64,000 nt of DNA from Octopus sinensis (GCF_006345805.1 NC_043002.1:41230001-41294000), one strand, 5' to 3'. Counted from the stretch's first letter, positions 24,401 to 37,107 are shown. Notes: generated by a model from the letters alone, not told the origin. Numbers and translations: made by a program.

Positions 24401-24987
24401 TAGCAGCTAACCCCAGTTTCACCCGGTCGGTTTGGATGATGTGGCTGTAAAACCTGCTCTGTGTTTGGGCACACTTAGGTTGAAAAACAGTTTTAGAATG
24501 ATTTTTTTTCTGTCAAAATGCTAAAAATAACTGACCAACAAAAAAAAAACAACTAAGATTCAACCAAATCAAAAAATTAACCCAAATACTAGGCGAACAA
24601 AGATGAACCATCCCACTTTTATTGCACGCACACACGACACGCGCACACACACACACACATAAACACATTCACATACCCCCTTTTACATACACACATATAT
24701 TCACAGAGTTAGAATGCTGTTTGATTTATTTTTTCAGTGTACAATTTTCATCATCCCACTACCAAGTATGACATCACCCCTTCCTTCCTTATTCATCTAT
24801 CACCCCTTCGTTTCTCATTCATAAGCACAAGAGTATTATTATAGTAGATTATCTCGGTAACCATGGGAGCAATGTAAAACATATAAAGCCCAGCATCACC
24901 ACCGGATCATTCTACATATGTGTGTAATTTTTCACACAATTCCACCCATCCGTTTGACCACACCCATGTCAAATTTATATGTATAGA
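24400..24987 (-). mobile_element. Non-autonomous Helitron nested antisense in the larger Helitron
   Basis: Minus strand starts A|TCTATACATATAAA at 24987 and ends CCGGGTGAAACTGG..GCTG-CTAG|T at 24400; second TC-type 5' end at 24848. Confidence 0.8.
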
Positions 24988-25075
24988 TATTACGTATTGA
25001 ACTCACTCTCTCATACAATGTTACCCAACATAACTCTCTCTCTCACTCTCTCTCTCTCTCTCTCTCCTCTCTCTC

Positions 25076-25177
<102 letters not shown>

Positions 25178-25296
25178 ACTCACACACATATTTACTACTT
25201 CTCTTACTTCATTGTCTCTTAACCAATTGCGTTCTTTCCAATGTTTCTGTGGGTGTCATTTTGAAAAGAAAATGCTGTTAGTCTTCGGCGAAAATT

Positions 25297-25740
25297 ACAA
25301 TTACACCATACTTTCTAAACAATATTTTAAAGTATGATTTTTATGTTATTGAATTGCTCTAAACGAATTTGACCATAAAAATGTTGGAAATTTAGTATTT
25401 TTTGAGATATCAATAAAATTTGTCAGACCTATTTTCATGCCATCGGCTGTTGGAGCCATTCTTATGCCTGTTTATGTTGTTGCATGTATGAGTATGTTAT
25501 TGAATGTACCATCGTCTGATATTTCATGCATGTGGAGAATTCTGAAATAGCAGACGTAAAAAGTATGAAAATTTCGGAAACTTTACTCATTCGACTACAT
25601 GAAAATAGGTTCGACTAATTTTACTATTACTTTAAAAAATACTAAATTTCAGACATCTTTTATGGTCAAATTCGTTTAGAGCATTTCAACAACAGAAAAC
25701 TTCACTTTAAAATAGTGTTTAGTGAGAGTGGTGTAATTGT
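25297..25740. mobile_element. Fold-back element (arms about 143 bp) inside the Helitron
   Basis: 25297-25439 is an inverted repeat of 25598-25740, e.g. GCTCTAAACGAATTTGACCATAAAA vs TTTTATGGTCAAATTCGTTTAGAGC. Confidence 0.85.
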
Positions 25741-25989
25741 AAATAAATACCCAAGGTAAATATTTAGAATTAATACCATGGAAACTTCCTGTTCAGAGAA
25801 ATTAGCTCGAATACTAGCTGAATCGTCTCAAAACTTTCACTGTGTAATTATCATAAATATTCACGTTTTCAACAGTACACTATGTTCAGAAAAAGAAGGG
25901 CAACAGCCTGTCCTGAAAAAATTCCCATTCACAAAAGATTGCTGGGCAAAGATAACAGACACTAATTGAAGAAAGACAAGGACCTTGCT

Positions 25990-27840
25990 CTTCTCAGTAT
26001 CTCGAAGTAAAGCGAAAGAGGATGCAAGAAACCTGTGCAATGGAAACACCAGAAGAAACAGAGGCATGGAGAAATGCAGATTGGCTGAGAAGATAGGAAA
26101 CCCATGCAATGGAAAGACCAGAAGATTCCGAAGCACAGAGGAATGAAAACTGGCTGAGAACACAGAAAAGCCATGCAATGGAAACATCACAAGAAACAGA
26201 AACATGGACAAATACTGATTGGCTGAGGAAACACAAATTCAGCAGCGACAAGCAAACAACCTGGCACAATACCAATCGAGACTTCATCAGCAAAGAACTG
26301 ACACTGTGAGAATGGCTATGGAAGTTGATGTGGCAGATTTTCATGAGAAAGAATGAAACCCAAGCCTTATGTTGCCCTACTATGGAAACATTTTGAACAG
26401 AACATGCCCTGACTGCAAAGCTTACCTTTGGAGTGCTGAGAAATCTACCCTCAGCTGTGGCAAAGGAAAAATTAGCAATGACAAAGTTCCACAGATAAAA
26501 AAAGCTCCCAGAATCAATAGCTAAGTACTATGATGTTAATCTATGCGGTCAAATGTTTCTGAACAAAATTTGTAACTACAATAATTTACTGGCTATGGCT
26601 TCACTTGGACTGGATAATCCACCTGTTGGACCACAGGGTAGTAGCTCTCTTATTTCTACTTTCAAGTTTCAAGGAAAGTTGTACTGCCACATAGGAAGTC
26701 TTCTAAGAGCAGTAAATAGCAAGCCAATCTAAGCACAGCTATATTCCATTGACACTGAAAATGGGATGAGAAACAGGTTGTCATTCAGAGGAGCTGACCT
26801 TAATGAGAACATCTAGCTATAATTGCAGAGAGCACTGCATATGCACAATCCATATGTCAAAACTTTTAAACAGGCTATTGATATAATTAAGGAATACTCT
26901 GCACCAGGAAAATGTTCCAACGGTGATATTATTACAAGTCATGACTTATACCTACTGGGTCACATGAGAGAACCTATAATCCACTTTTAGCCCCTTGTGG
27001 GTAGTAAAGAAATATATAATCCACTGACTGCATCAGCAGTTGCTGTGATCATGGTGGGAGATGATACCAATAATCCAAGCATTAAACCTGTGGATGTTAT
27101 TACACAGTTCAGTGAGAGCAATGGGAAGTTAAACTATATTAGTTAAATCCACAGAAGCTCTGACCCTCTTCATTATGTACTTCTGTTTCCCTACAGGGAA
27201 GATGACTGGAATGTGCTCTTGAATAACAATGGCCAAAGCAAAACATCACTGGATGTGACTTTTATTCTTATCAGCTTTAGGTAAGAAAGGACGAGTTCAG
27301 TGGCATAATGAAAAGTAGGTGTCAGATGCAACAATATGCAGCAGATCAATATGCAAAGATAGAACAAGATCGATTACACTTCCTGAGAACTCATCAGAAA
27401 CAACTTAAGGCTGAAAAGTACCCGGCCTTCTGGATGCTATTGCAAATGGTGACATGAACGACGTAGGGTCTAAAATCATTCTTCTGCCATCACACACTGG
27501 TTCTCCTTGATTTTACAGGGAGTGTTTCCAAGCTGGAATGGCCAATGGGATACATACTGGAATCCGAATAATGATACCACAAATTCCACTGATCACCACT
27601 GAAGACTACCCATTCTCATTTTCCAGGAAGCAGTTTCCTGTGAAGCCAGCTTTTGGAATAACATCAAACAGGCCCAGACCTGAGAAAAAGTTGGAATTTA
27701 CCAGCCAACACCTATGTTCAGACATGGCCAGTTCTATGTTGCCAACAGCAGGGTTGGTTCTAGGAACAATGTACATATATTGGCATTGGACTCAGAGTAT
27801 AAGGAATCTACACTGACAATGTTGTCTGTAAGGAAACTTT
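25990..27840 (+). pseudogene. Helitron RepHel pseudogene (N-terminal repeats, Zn finger, pre-Rep region, helicase C-terminus)
   Basis: CPDCKAYLWSAE; NYNNLLAMAS; FQGKLYCHIGSL; AQLYSIDT; HNPYVKTFK; DPLHYVLLFP; MQQYAADQYAKIEQDRL; then directly PFSFSRKQFPVKPAF and FRHGQFYVANSRV. Stops and frameshifts present. Confidence 0.92.
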
Positions 27841-27994
27841 TTAAGAAAATTATAGTAAGTTTCACTTTTTACTTTCAAACTGCAAACAGGAGTTTAGATA
27901 TGTACTAACTGAATCGACTGTCCGGGGGTGGGGGTGGGGGTGATTCAGCTAGTATTGTAGAATTATAACCAATTTATTGCAGATAAATTTTTTA

Positions 27995-28090
27995 AAGATA
28001 AAATCTTATATGGACCCTCAAGGGCAGTATGAACCCCCAAGGGTTGTATGGACTCCCAAGGGCCATATGGACCCAGGTTGGGAACCACTG
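27995..28090. mobile_element. Right end of a Charlie-like hAT MITE with ATGGAC.CCCAAGGG subterminal repeats
   Basis: GGTTGGGAACCACTG followed by ATCTAAAG; no matching left TIR found. Confidence 0.55.
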
Positions 28091-28164
28091 ATCTAAAGAA
28101 ACTGATTCTAATGATGCTCAATGAAATCAGGGGACAATATTTACAACAGTGTAAGAACCCTTCT

Positions 28165-28400
28165 TATTTCTTTATTGCCCACAAGTAGCTAAACATAGAG
28201 GGGACAAACAAGGACAGACAAATGGAATAAGTTGATTACATCGACCCCAGTGTGTAACTTGTACTTAATTTATCGACCCTGAAAGGATGAAAGGCAAAGT
28301 TGACCTTGGCAGAATCTGAACTCAGAATGTAACGGCAGATGAAATACCGCTAAGCACTTCACCCGCAGTGCTAACGTTTCTGCCAGCTCACCACCTAAGG
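28165..28400 (-). mobile_element. SINE family B
   Basis: Full head, body and tail on the minus strand. Confidence 0.9.
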
Positions 28401-28749
28401 ACCCTTCATGTTGTTAAATTCATGTCTGCTCATATACCCTCTCGACAACCACAAAGCAGCATCACAGAGATATTGAAGAATCACTGAAAAGCAAAATAAT
28501 AATTGAAAAACTGGCATTGGGGATTTGGGAAGTGTAAATCTAAAAAAAAAACATAATTGATTTCGGAAAACTATCATTTATGTGATATTGCTTAACACAG
28601 GCAAACAGCAAACGCAATCCACCAACAAATGCTAAATACTAAAAAGAAAAACTTGAATGTGAGTTTATTATCCTTAAATAGGAGCTAAAAGCTGCTGGTG
28701 AAAAGCAGCTCTAGCATCAGAAAAGTGTAGTTGAAAGAAGAATAATTAA

Positions 28750-28995
28750 CAGGTATGGCTGAGTGGTAAGAAGTTCACTTCCCAACCACATGGTTCTGGG
28801 TCCAGCCTTGTCAGTGGTTTTGGTAGATGGAAACTGGAAAAAGCCCATCATATATATGTGTGTATATGTGTCTCTTTGGGTCTATCTTTATGACAGTGTT
28901 CCCCCCCCCCCCACATTCACCTGACTAAAATTCCCTTAGGCAGTACTCCAACATGGCTGCAGTCTAATGACTGAAACAAGTAAAAGATAAAAGAT
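28750..28995 (+). mobile_element. SINE family A, internally deleted
   Basis: GGCTGAGTGGTAAGAAG head; CAACATGGCTGCAGTCTAATGACTGAAACAAGTAAAAG tail. Confidence 0.8.
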
Positions 28996-29482
28996 AAAAG
29001 AAATCTAATCGAAAACAATCAGTAGTTTACAGAGATATGAGAGGAAAGAGAATGAATAAATGTCACACAAGTTCCTCCTCAAGATGACAGATTTATCCTG
29101 GAGAAAAATCTTGTGTGAGGTGAAGGAAATTAACTGGAATGTAAGGTGGCTGGAAGAAATCTAAAAGAAATATTCTCTCTCTGTCAGACCAAAAGAACAC
29201 AGCATCGGTGGTGACACTCTTGAGACTATGATTCAAACAATCTAGAACAGGAAAACATTAGAAAGAGATGTGATTATTAGATACCGGTATGAAAATCTGA
29301 CCATCTTACTGGAAGTCTCTTATTGACCTCTATCAGCAAGTTTCTAATTGAGATATAAACATTTAAAAAATGGGTGGCATTGGCGGAACCAAATCTGATA
29401 TCCATAAGGAATCCCACTCACATGGCACAAAACTACTGGCCAGTTACATTGAGAATCTTATGTATAAATAGTTTACAGCTTT

Positions 29483-29928
<446 letters not shown>

Positions 29929-29938
29929 ACCACAGGCA

Positions 29939-30010
29939 TATGGCATAGTGGTTAAGAGCATGGGCTACCAAACCCAAGATTCTGAGTTCAATTCCATGCA
30001 GTGACCTGAA
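29939..30010 (+). mobile_element. tRNA-derived head, inverted partner of 29857-29928
   Basis: TGGCATAGTGG (A box), GAGTTCAATTCC (B box), anticodon-arm-like GGGCTACCAAACCC; 72-bp arms with about 9 mismatches and a 10-nt spacer. Confidence 0.85.
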
Positions 30011-30011
30011 C

Positions 30012-30068
<57 letters not shown>

Positions 30069-30080
30069 TAATAATAATAA

Positions 30081-30545
30081 TCAAAACAATAAAGTTTGCT
30101 TATTGATCGACATGAGCATCCCCTGTGATCATAATATCTCAGCGAAAGAGTTTGACAAGCTCAGAAAATATAAAGACCTACTCATTGAAATTGAGAAAAT
30201 GTGGCATCTCAAGGCGGTTACAATACCAGTGATCGTAGGAGCTCTAGGAATGATCAAGAAGGGAACCGAAAATTATATGACAATGATCCCTGGCTTACCA
30301 TCCCTGCAAGAAGTGCAAAAGATTGTCTTAATTGGTACATCACATGTATTGAGAAGAGCATTGTCGATGTGAGAACTGTTGCTGCTCATGTATTTTAATT
30401 TAACTTAAGAAAAAAAAAAAAAAAATGAACGAACTATTGAGTTTGGTTTAATGGCCTACCAATGTATACTATGAGTTTCTTTGCCCTAGGAGTCGGGAAG
30501 ACACTCGGCAAAAATGGAAGCAAATTTGAAAGAAGAAAAAAAAAG
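30081..30545 (+). mobile_element. R4/Dong-clade LINE 3' fragment inserted in (AAT)n
   Basis: LIDMSIPCDHNISAKEFDKLRKYKDL...MWHLKAVTIPVIVGALG...QKIVLIGTSHVLRRAL*: RLE C-terminus with an open frame. Confidence 0.9.
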
Positions 30546-31384
30546 TAATAATAATAATAAGAAGAAGAAGAAGAAGAAGAAGAAGAAAACAACAACAACA
30601 ACAGCAACAACAACAACATCGAAAAATACCGATGGATGATCTGAAAGTCTATGCCATGAATATGAATGGTATGGAGAAAAAAAAAACTTTACTCAGTCGG
30701 TTAGGACATTCTGAAAAGATACAGAGAAGGATTTTGGCCTGGGCATATGTTATATGGTTGTAAAATGAGGAAGAACAATAACAAGTTTGCTCTTTTATTT
30801 GTTTCAGTCATTTGACTGTGATCATGCTGGAGCACCACAATATTTCTATCAATGACTTGACAATTTTTGGTATCGGATGAGTGAAAGCTACAGGTACTTA
30901 GAGATAGAGGAAACTATTTTCTACGATGGAACATGTAACAAGGAATGTATAAGCATACAGTACATACCCTATAATGTGTTTAGTGTACCCATACTCATAC
31001 CAACATTTGGGCTCAGCTGAACATTAGATGAAATCTGGGTTATTGATGTTAAAACCCTAAAAATGCCAACCCATTCCAGAAATTTTGATATGAGCAGTTA
31101 TGTAGGTTGTCTTTACTTTAAACAAAAACAAGACAACAGAAATTTAATGTTGATTCAAATAACTTTTGAATGTTACACTATACCCCTTCGACAAAGTCTC
31201 TGAACTACCAAGTGTCAAAGTCTACCTTGAATCAAGTTTGCATACATGAGGCAGGTAATATAAGAATTGGAAAAAGAGCTGTCAGAAAGTATTCCCTGAT
31301 TGATGGCTAGGGATATTCACTCAGGAAAACAACAGAAGAAAAGCAAAATACGTATATACATCTATCTTGGACTAACAACCAAGA

Positions 31385-31602
31385 TATTCTTTTCTACACT
31401 AGGCACAAGGCCTGCAGTTTTTGGGGAGGGGGCCAGTCAGTTAGATCGACCCCAGTATGCAACTGGTCTTAATTTATCAACCCCGAAAGGATGAAAGGCA
31501 AAGTCAATCTCAACGGAATTTGAACTCAGAACATATAGACAGACAAAACACCGCTGAGCCTTTTACCTGGCATGCTAACGTTTCTGCTAGCTTGCCACCT
31601 TA
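31385..31602 (-). mobile_element. SINE family B (tail variant b)
   Basis: GGCACAAGGCCTG...GATCGACCCCAG...GAAAGGATGAAAGGCAAAGTC. Confidence 0.88.
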
Positions 31603-32759
31603 ACAACCAGGATATCAGCTTTCACTCTGAAGGATATGCTTTTGCAATGCAGAAGCAGGCAATAATAACAAAATACCTGGTGTACAAAAGGGGTGAGAGC
31701 GTAGATATACCATCTTGGTGAGACACCCAATACAGTCTGAATTGATACTGAAGATTCACCCAAATTACCAATAGTTGTGTGAAAATGTTATTTCATTCTA
31801 TCTACCTTTGAGGCATGATATCATTGCTAGAATATTAGACAATGAAATACATAGAAAGCCTAATCTTGGAGATAGAAATATAAGAAACTATAGTGATGTG
31901 GAAATTATAATCACTCATAATATGAAAGAATAACAGTGAAATGTTCTTGTCAAGATCTTGGTGAATGTAAGCATAACAGACCAATTCAGAATATAGAAAA
32001 GAAATTGTGTACAGTAGATGAAATCAGCTGCCTAGTTAGTAGATGTTAACAAATTGTCAATGATTAATGATTGCAGTGTGTAATACACATATTAGTTATT
32101 TAAAAATGCACACAGGAAATGTTAGATTCACTTAAACATTTATTTTTGATGTTAATATTTTCAACACACCAACTACAGCCTAGCCATTGACATGATTCCA
32201 CTGCATCTCGATATGTAGTCTCAGATCAAATCGTTTGCCTGGTGAATACACTTCCAAGAGTACACTTCCAAGATTAGTGACAAAGAAACCATTTACGCCG
32301 AACTGATAAGAAATCTGCAATTACATCTTCAGAACTATAACTTTAGATTTTCATCTATAATTATCAGAGCTATTGGATACTCACTCACATTTCTTAGAAT
32401 CAACCTTGAGAAGCTGGCTTTTGCCAATTCAGAAAAAAAAAAGAACTAGTCAGGATGTTTCAGCTGCAAGGCACTGTCAAAATATGTAAAACATTCGAGG
32501 GGTTTTGGCATGTAATAAATGTGTGTATACACAGGTATAGACATGCAAACATATGTTTGTGTCAAACATATGTCAAAACATACAGATCTACATATGCTAT
32601 GACATCCGTGCATGCACTCATGTATGTGTGTGTGTGTATATATATATATATACATATTAGAGGGATGACCACAATGTGGACAACCCTTATGCTAGAAGTA
32701 GATCCGCTATGGTCTTACCACTAAGAAATGCTCTCAGAAAAATTCAGGAAACACCAGAA

Positions 32760-33020
<261 letters not shown>

Positions 33021-33084
33021 ATACGTGTTTACATACAAGTTTGTGTTGCAAGGTTCCTGAAGTAAAACTGTATGTTGAAACAGA

Positions 33085-33840
33085 TATTGTATTTCGTGAT
33101 GGTCATTTTTGTTTTGCCTAATAAACACACGCATTATATCTGTTCTTCACTTGTTTATTACTGTTCTTATTTTAACTCATGTCCAGTGTCCAGAAATCTT
33201 TTGTCACACATCTGTGACCTCTTCAGCGACACTTTTCGTTTTCATGCGTGCTCTTGCTCCACTTACTCCATTCTGCTCTTCTATGATGTGTGTCCTTATG
33301 TGTGCATGCGTTTGTATCCAGGTTTGTGTGTGTGCGTATGTATGCTTGTGTGTATGTCATTGTTCTTAGCAGTATGGCCTTCTCCTCAGCCCCATCCTAT
33401 CAGCAATTGTGCTGCTGCTGTCCTAGGACCCAAAAATTTGGTACTGTTCCTGTGTCTCTCTGTGTTTGTCTGTTCACTCATGGTGTTGCCATCGTGGTAG
33501 TTGTTGTTGTTGCCATAGTTGTCACCAACACTGCTGCTCTCATTGTTAGTCATGTTGTTGATATTGTTGTGGCCGTCCATGAAGTGAATGTGAGTGTTTG
33601 TGTGTGTATATGGGTTCACTTTCGTATGTTGTTTGCATCCAAACCCTTTATATAGATTTTTTTTTATTTATCTTATCTATCTCTATTTCTTATATTCATC
33701 ACAGATGTATACCAAAAGATTTCCAGACAATGAACATGAGTTAAAATAAGAACAGTAATAAATGAGTAAAGGACAAATATATAGTGCATGTGTTTAATTG
33801 GCAAAAAAAAAATTACAAATGACCATCCTGAAATACAACA
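33085..33840. mobile_element. (TA)n-flanked element with inverted arms of about 135 bp (Penelope-like architecture)
   Basis: 33085-33218 is an inverted repeat of 33699-33840, e.g. TTTATTACTGTTCTTATTTTAACTCATGT vs ACATGAGTTAAAATAAGAACAGTAATAAA. Confidence 0.75.
33186..33232 (-). ncRNA. Degenerate minimal type I hammerhead motif
   Basis: GTGTCG-CTGAAGA-GGTCAC(AGATGT)GTGAC-AAA-AGATTT-C-TGGACAC; base 11.1 missing and G12A; the right arm keeps the missing C. Confidence 0.55.
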
Positions 33841-33841
33841 T

Positions 33842-33878
<37 letters not shown>

Positions 33879-33935
33879 TGATATATATATATATTATATA
33901 TATATATATATAATATATATATAATATATATATAT

Positions 33936-33977
<42 letters not shown>

Positions 33978-34075
33978 ATATATAGGGGGAGAATTCACAA
34001 AAAAACAAAAGACGAAGACAGGTGGTGTAGACAACAAACAGATGTATTAGTTTAATGCTCTGGAAGGGAAAAAGT

Positions 34076-34111
34076 CTTTAATGTTTCAAGCCTATGCTCT
34101 TCGACAGAAAG
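34076..34111 (-). ncRNA. Degenerate minimal hammerhead motif (same type as 10982)
   Basis: CTTT-CTG[T]CGA-A-GAGC(ATAG)GCTT-GAA-AC[A]T-T-AAAG. Confidence 0.6.
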
Positions 34112-34239
34112 GACCACAGAAAGAAACAAGGAGAGAAAATAAAGAATGTGTAGTGGCTAGCGATTAGACAAAATGAGATAACAAAGCCGAGGCCGTGAGG
34201 AGTTTTCAGGACATTTATAAGGAAAAAGATATAGATATA

Positions 34240-34287
34240 GTCTTACAGCTGTTCCTGGTATATTATGGATATCCCTTCATCAGAGAC
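34240..34287 (-). ncRNA. Degenerate minimal hammerhead motif
   Basis: GTCT-CTGATGA-AGGGATAT(CCATA)ATATACCA-G[G]A-ACAGCTGT-A-AGAC: perfect stem I, palindromic stem III, GUA triplet, A13G. Confidence 0.65.
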
Positions 34288-34443
34288 GATGTGAGATAGT
34301 TAAATAGAGGTAAATATTTGTGTTCATATATATATATTAATATTGCTAAGTCTCTCTAAAGGAAACTACAGCAGTGATACTGGATATTAATGTTATTGAC
34401 AAGCTAATATGGCAGTCCAGAAATATAGGATGAATGCTGCTGT

Positions 34444-34518
<75 letters not shown>

Positions 34519-34974
34519 ATCCTCAACATAAGACCTATGTGACTTACAATCATCATCACTTACGACCACAAAAAATTAATTAATTAATTAATTAATTAAA
34601 AATCGATTTTCAGACATTGGGCAGCTGTGCATATGATAACTATGGCAACATCTGGCAACATAGGCCTCCCTCAGACCTAGGCATCGACTGCCTGTCCCTG
34701 TCTCTCACTCACTTGCATTCAAGCATCAGTTGCATGAATGAAAATAGTGTTGAAAAATATAAATCCAACATACAATCAGATCAACTTACAACCTGTTATT
34801 TGGAACGGAATTTGATCATAAATTGAGGAGAAGGCATGTATATAAGTGTGTATGTGTGTGTGTGTGCGTGTGCGTGTGTATGTGTGTGTGTCGTCAATGT
34901 ATCGTATATCCAAAACAGAAGTAAAGTACAGAGCAGTAATGTATTTATATGTAGTTAAGTCTAAGTCCGGTCAT

Positions 34975-35036
34975 AGAGTGACCAATGGTTTCACATCCAC
35001 AAAGAGATTAGCCCCATAGATGGCTTGTCAGACTCT
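34975..35036 (-). ncRNA. Type I hammerhead motif, G8A variant
   Basis: AGAGT-CTGAC[A]A-GCCATCTA...TGGATGT-GAA-ACC(ATT)GGT-C-ACTCT: perfect stem I, GUC triplet. Confidence 0.7.
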
Positions 35037-35074
35037 AAAGCCAAGATGAAGAGTTACATTTGTCTTCAACTGTA

Positions 35075-35136
35075 AGAATCTGATGAGCCATCCATGGGGC
35101 TAAGCCCTTTGTGGATGCAAAACGATTGGTCACTCC
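35075..35136 (+). ncRNA. Type I hammerhead motif, G12A variant
   Basis: AGAAT-CTGATGA-GCCATCCA(TGGGGCTAAGCCCTTTG)TGGATGC-[A]AA-ACGATTGGT-C-ACTCC. Confidence 0.7.
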
Positions 35137-35157
35137 GTGACTGGACATAGACTTAAC

Positions 35158-35194
<37 letters not shown>

Positions 35195-35278
35195 AACCCA
35201 TGCCAGCATGGAAAACGGACGTTAAACAAAGATGATGATGATGATGAGGAGGAGGAGGAGGAGGAGGATATATATATA

Positions 35279-35508
35279 TATCTTTTATCTTTTATCTTTT
35301 ATCTTTCATTTGTTTCAGTCATTAGACTACGGCCATGCTGGGGCACCGCCTTGACCAATTTAGTTGAATGAATCAACTCCAGAACTTAATTTTTACTTAA
35401 GCCTGGTACTTATTCTATTGGTGGCTTTTGCCAAACCACTAAGTTGCAGGGACATAAACACACAAATATTAATTGTCAAGTCGTGATGGCAGGGACAAAC
35501 ACAGACAG

Positions 35509-35569
<61 letters not shown>

Positions 35570-35740
35570 CATATATACAATGAGCTTCTTTCAGTTTCTG
35601 TCTACCAAATCCACTCACAAGGCTTTGGTTAGCCTGAGGCTGTAGTAGAAGACACTTGCACAAGGTACAATGCCGTGGGACCGAACCTGAAACCATGTTG
35701 TTGGGAAGTAATCTTCTTATCACACAGCCACTCCTGTGCC
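35279..35740 (-). mobile_element. SINE family A, full length
   Basis: TTGTTTCAGTCATTAGACT..GGCCATGCTGG tail through CACACAGCCACTCCTG head. Confidence 0.9.
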
Positions 35741-35859
35741 TATACACACACACGCACACACACACACACAGACACACAGACACATATATATATGAATATG
35801 CATGTTTATATGCATACATTATTGCATGCATAAATATACACATACATAAATAAATACAT

Positions 35860-36482
35860 ACATACATACATACATTCAGACGTACACACACATATACATA
35901 CATACATACACCCATATACATACATGCATACATACATACATACATACATACATACATGCATATAAGACTGCCTTGTCAATGTGGTCTAAATTCCAATGAG
36001 TCTTGTTTCTAGGTCAGGAATTGGTTCCTTCTTCATTGGTAAAAATATCAAAAAATAAAATCAAGAAAACATACATGCATACTTATGTACATACACATAC
36101 ACATACATACAATATATACATACATGCATACATACATACACATGTACACACAAACATATGTACACACATATATACATTCAAATATACATACACACATAAG
36201 CCCATACATACATATACACACATACATATACATGCATACACACATATATACACACACATAATACTCACATACACACATACATACATATACACATACATGC
36301 ATACACATATACATATACATACATATACATACATACACACACTAAGTCACATACACATACATACACACATACATACACACACATAATACTCACATACACA
36401 CATAGATACATATACACATACACATACATACATGCATACACATATACATACACACATATGCACACACACACACATGCACACA

Positions 36483-36523
<41 letters not shown>

Positions 36524-36550
36524 ACACACACACACAAACACACACACACC
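35860..36550. repeat. (CATA)n/(CA)n microsatellite
   Basis: Direct inspection. Confidence 0.95.
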
Positions 36551-36754
36551 AAAATAATTCATAGAATAATCAGAGTGTAAACAGAAAATGTTGATTGTAG
36601 GCAATAAAATTGGGGCAGAGAGCCAAAATGGCGAATGTTTCACTTATATTTTTCTTCTTTATCATTTGACAATATACAATTTTTTCTATTAAGCAGATGG
36701 TGTATTTAGAAGAGTAACAGGAGATGGTTATTTCTTATATATTCACAAATGATC

Positions 36755-36972
36755 TTTCTTACTATAAGCACAAGGCCTGAAATTTTGGGGGTGAGGGGAC
36801 CAGTCGATTACATCGATCCCCAGTGTTTCACTGGTACTTAATTTATCGACCCCAAAAAGATGAAAGGTAAAGTCAACCCCGGTCGCATTTGAACTCAGAA
36901 CATAATAACAAGTGAAATACCGCTTAAGCATTTTGCCTGGCATGCTAATAATTCTGCCAGCTTGCTGCCTTA
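36755..36972 (-). mobile_element. SINE family B (tail variant b)
   Basis: Full body on the minus strand. Confidence 0.9.
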
Positions 36973-37107
36973 TATATACCCACTAATTAATACTAACAAA
37001 TCAAACAAGAAGCCTCTTCATGATTACTTGATCTGTTAGAAATAACAGCTAGATTCATACCCCTCATATTATTCATTACAATCTTGATTTTTTTAAAAAT
37101 CAATAGC

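Larger units (their letters stand above)
33985..34330 (-). mobile_element. (TA)n-embedded element(s) carrying two different hammerhead motifs
   Basis: Non-coding segment between TA tracts; motifs at 34076 and 34240. Confidence 0.6.
34947..35164. mobile_element. Inverted pair of hammerhead-bearing arms (90 bp each, 38-nt spacer)
   Basis: 34947-35036 is an inverted repeat of 35075-35164. Confidence 0.8.

Noticed and set aside
29939-30010. Functional tRNA gene
   Set aside because: It has A and B boxes but no acceptor-stem pairing; it is part of an inverted repeat unit.
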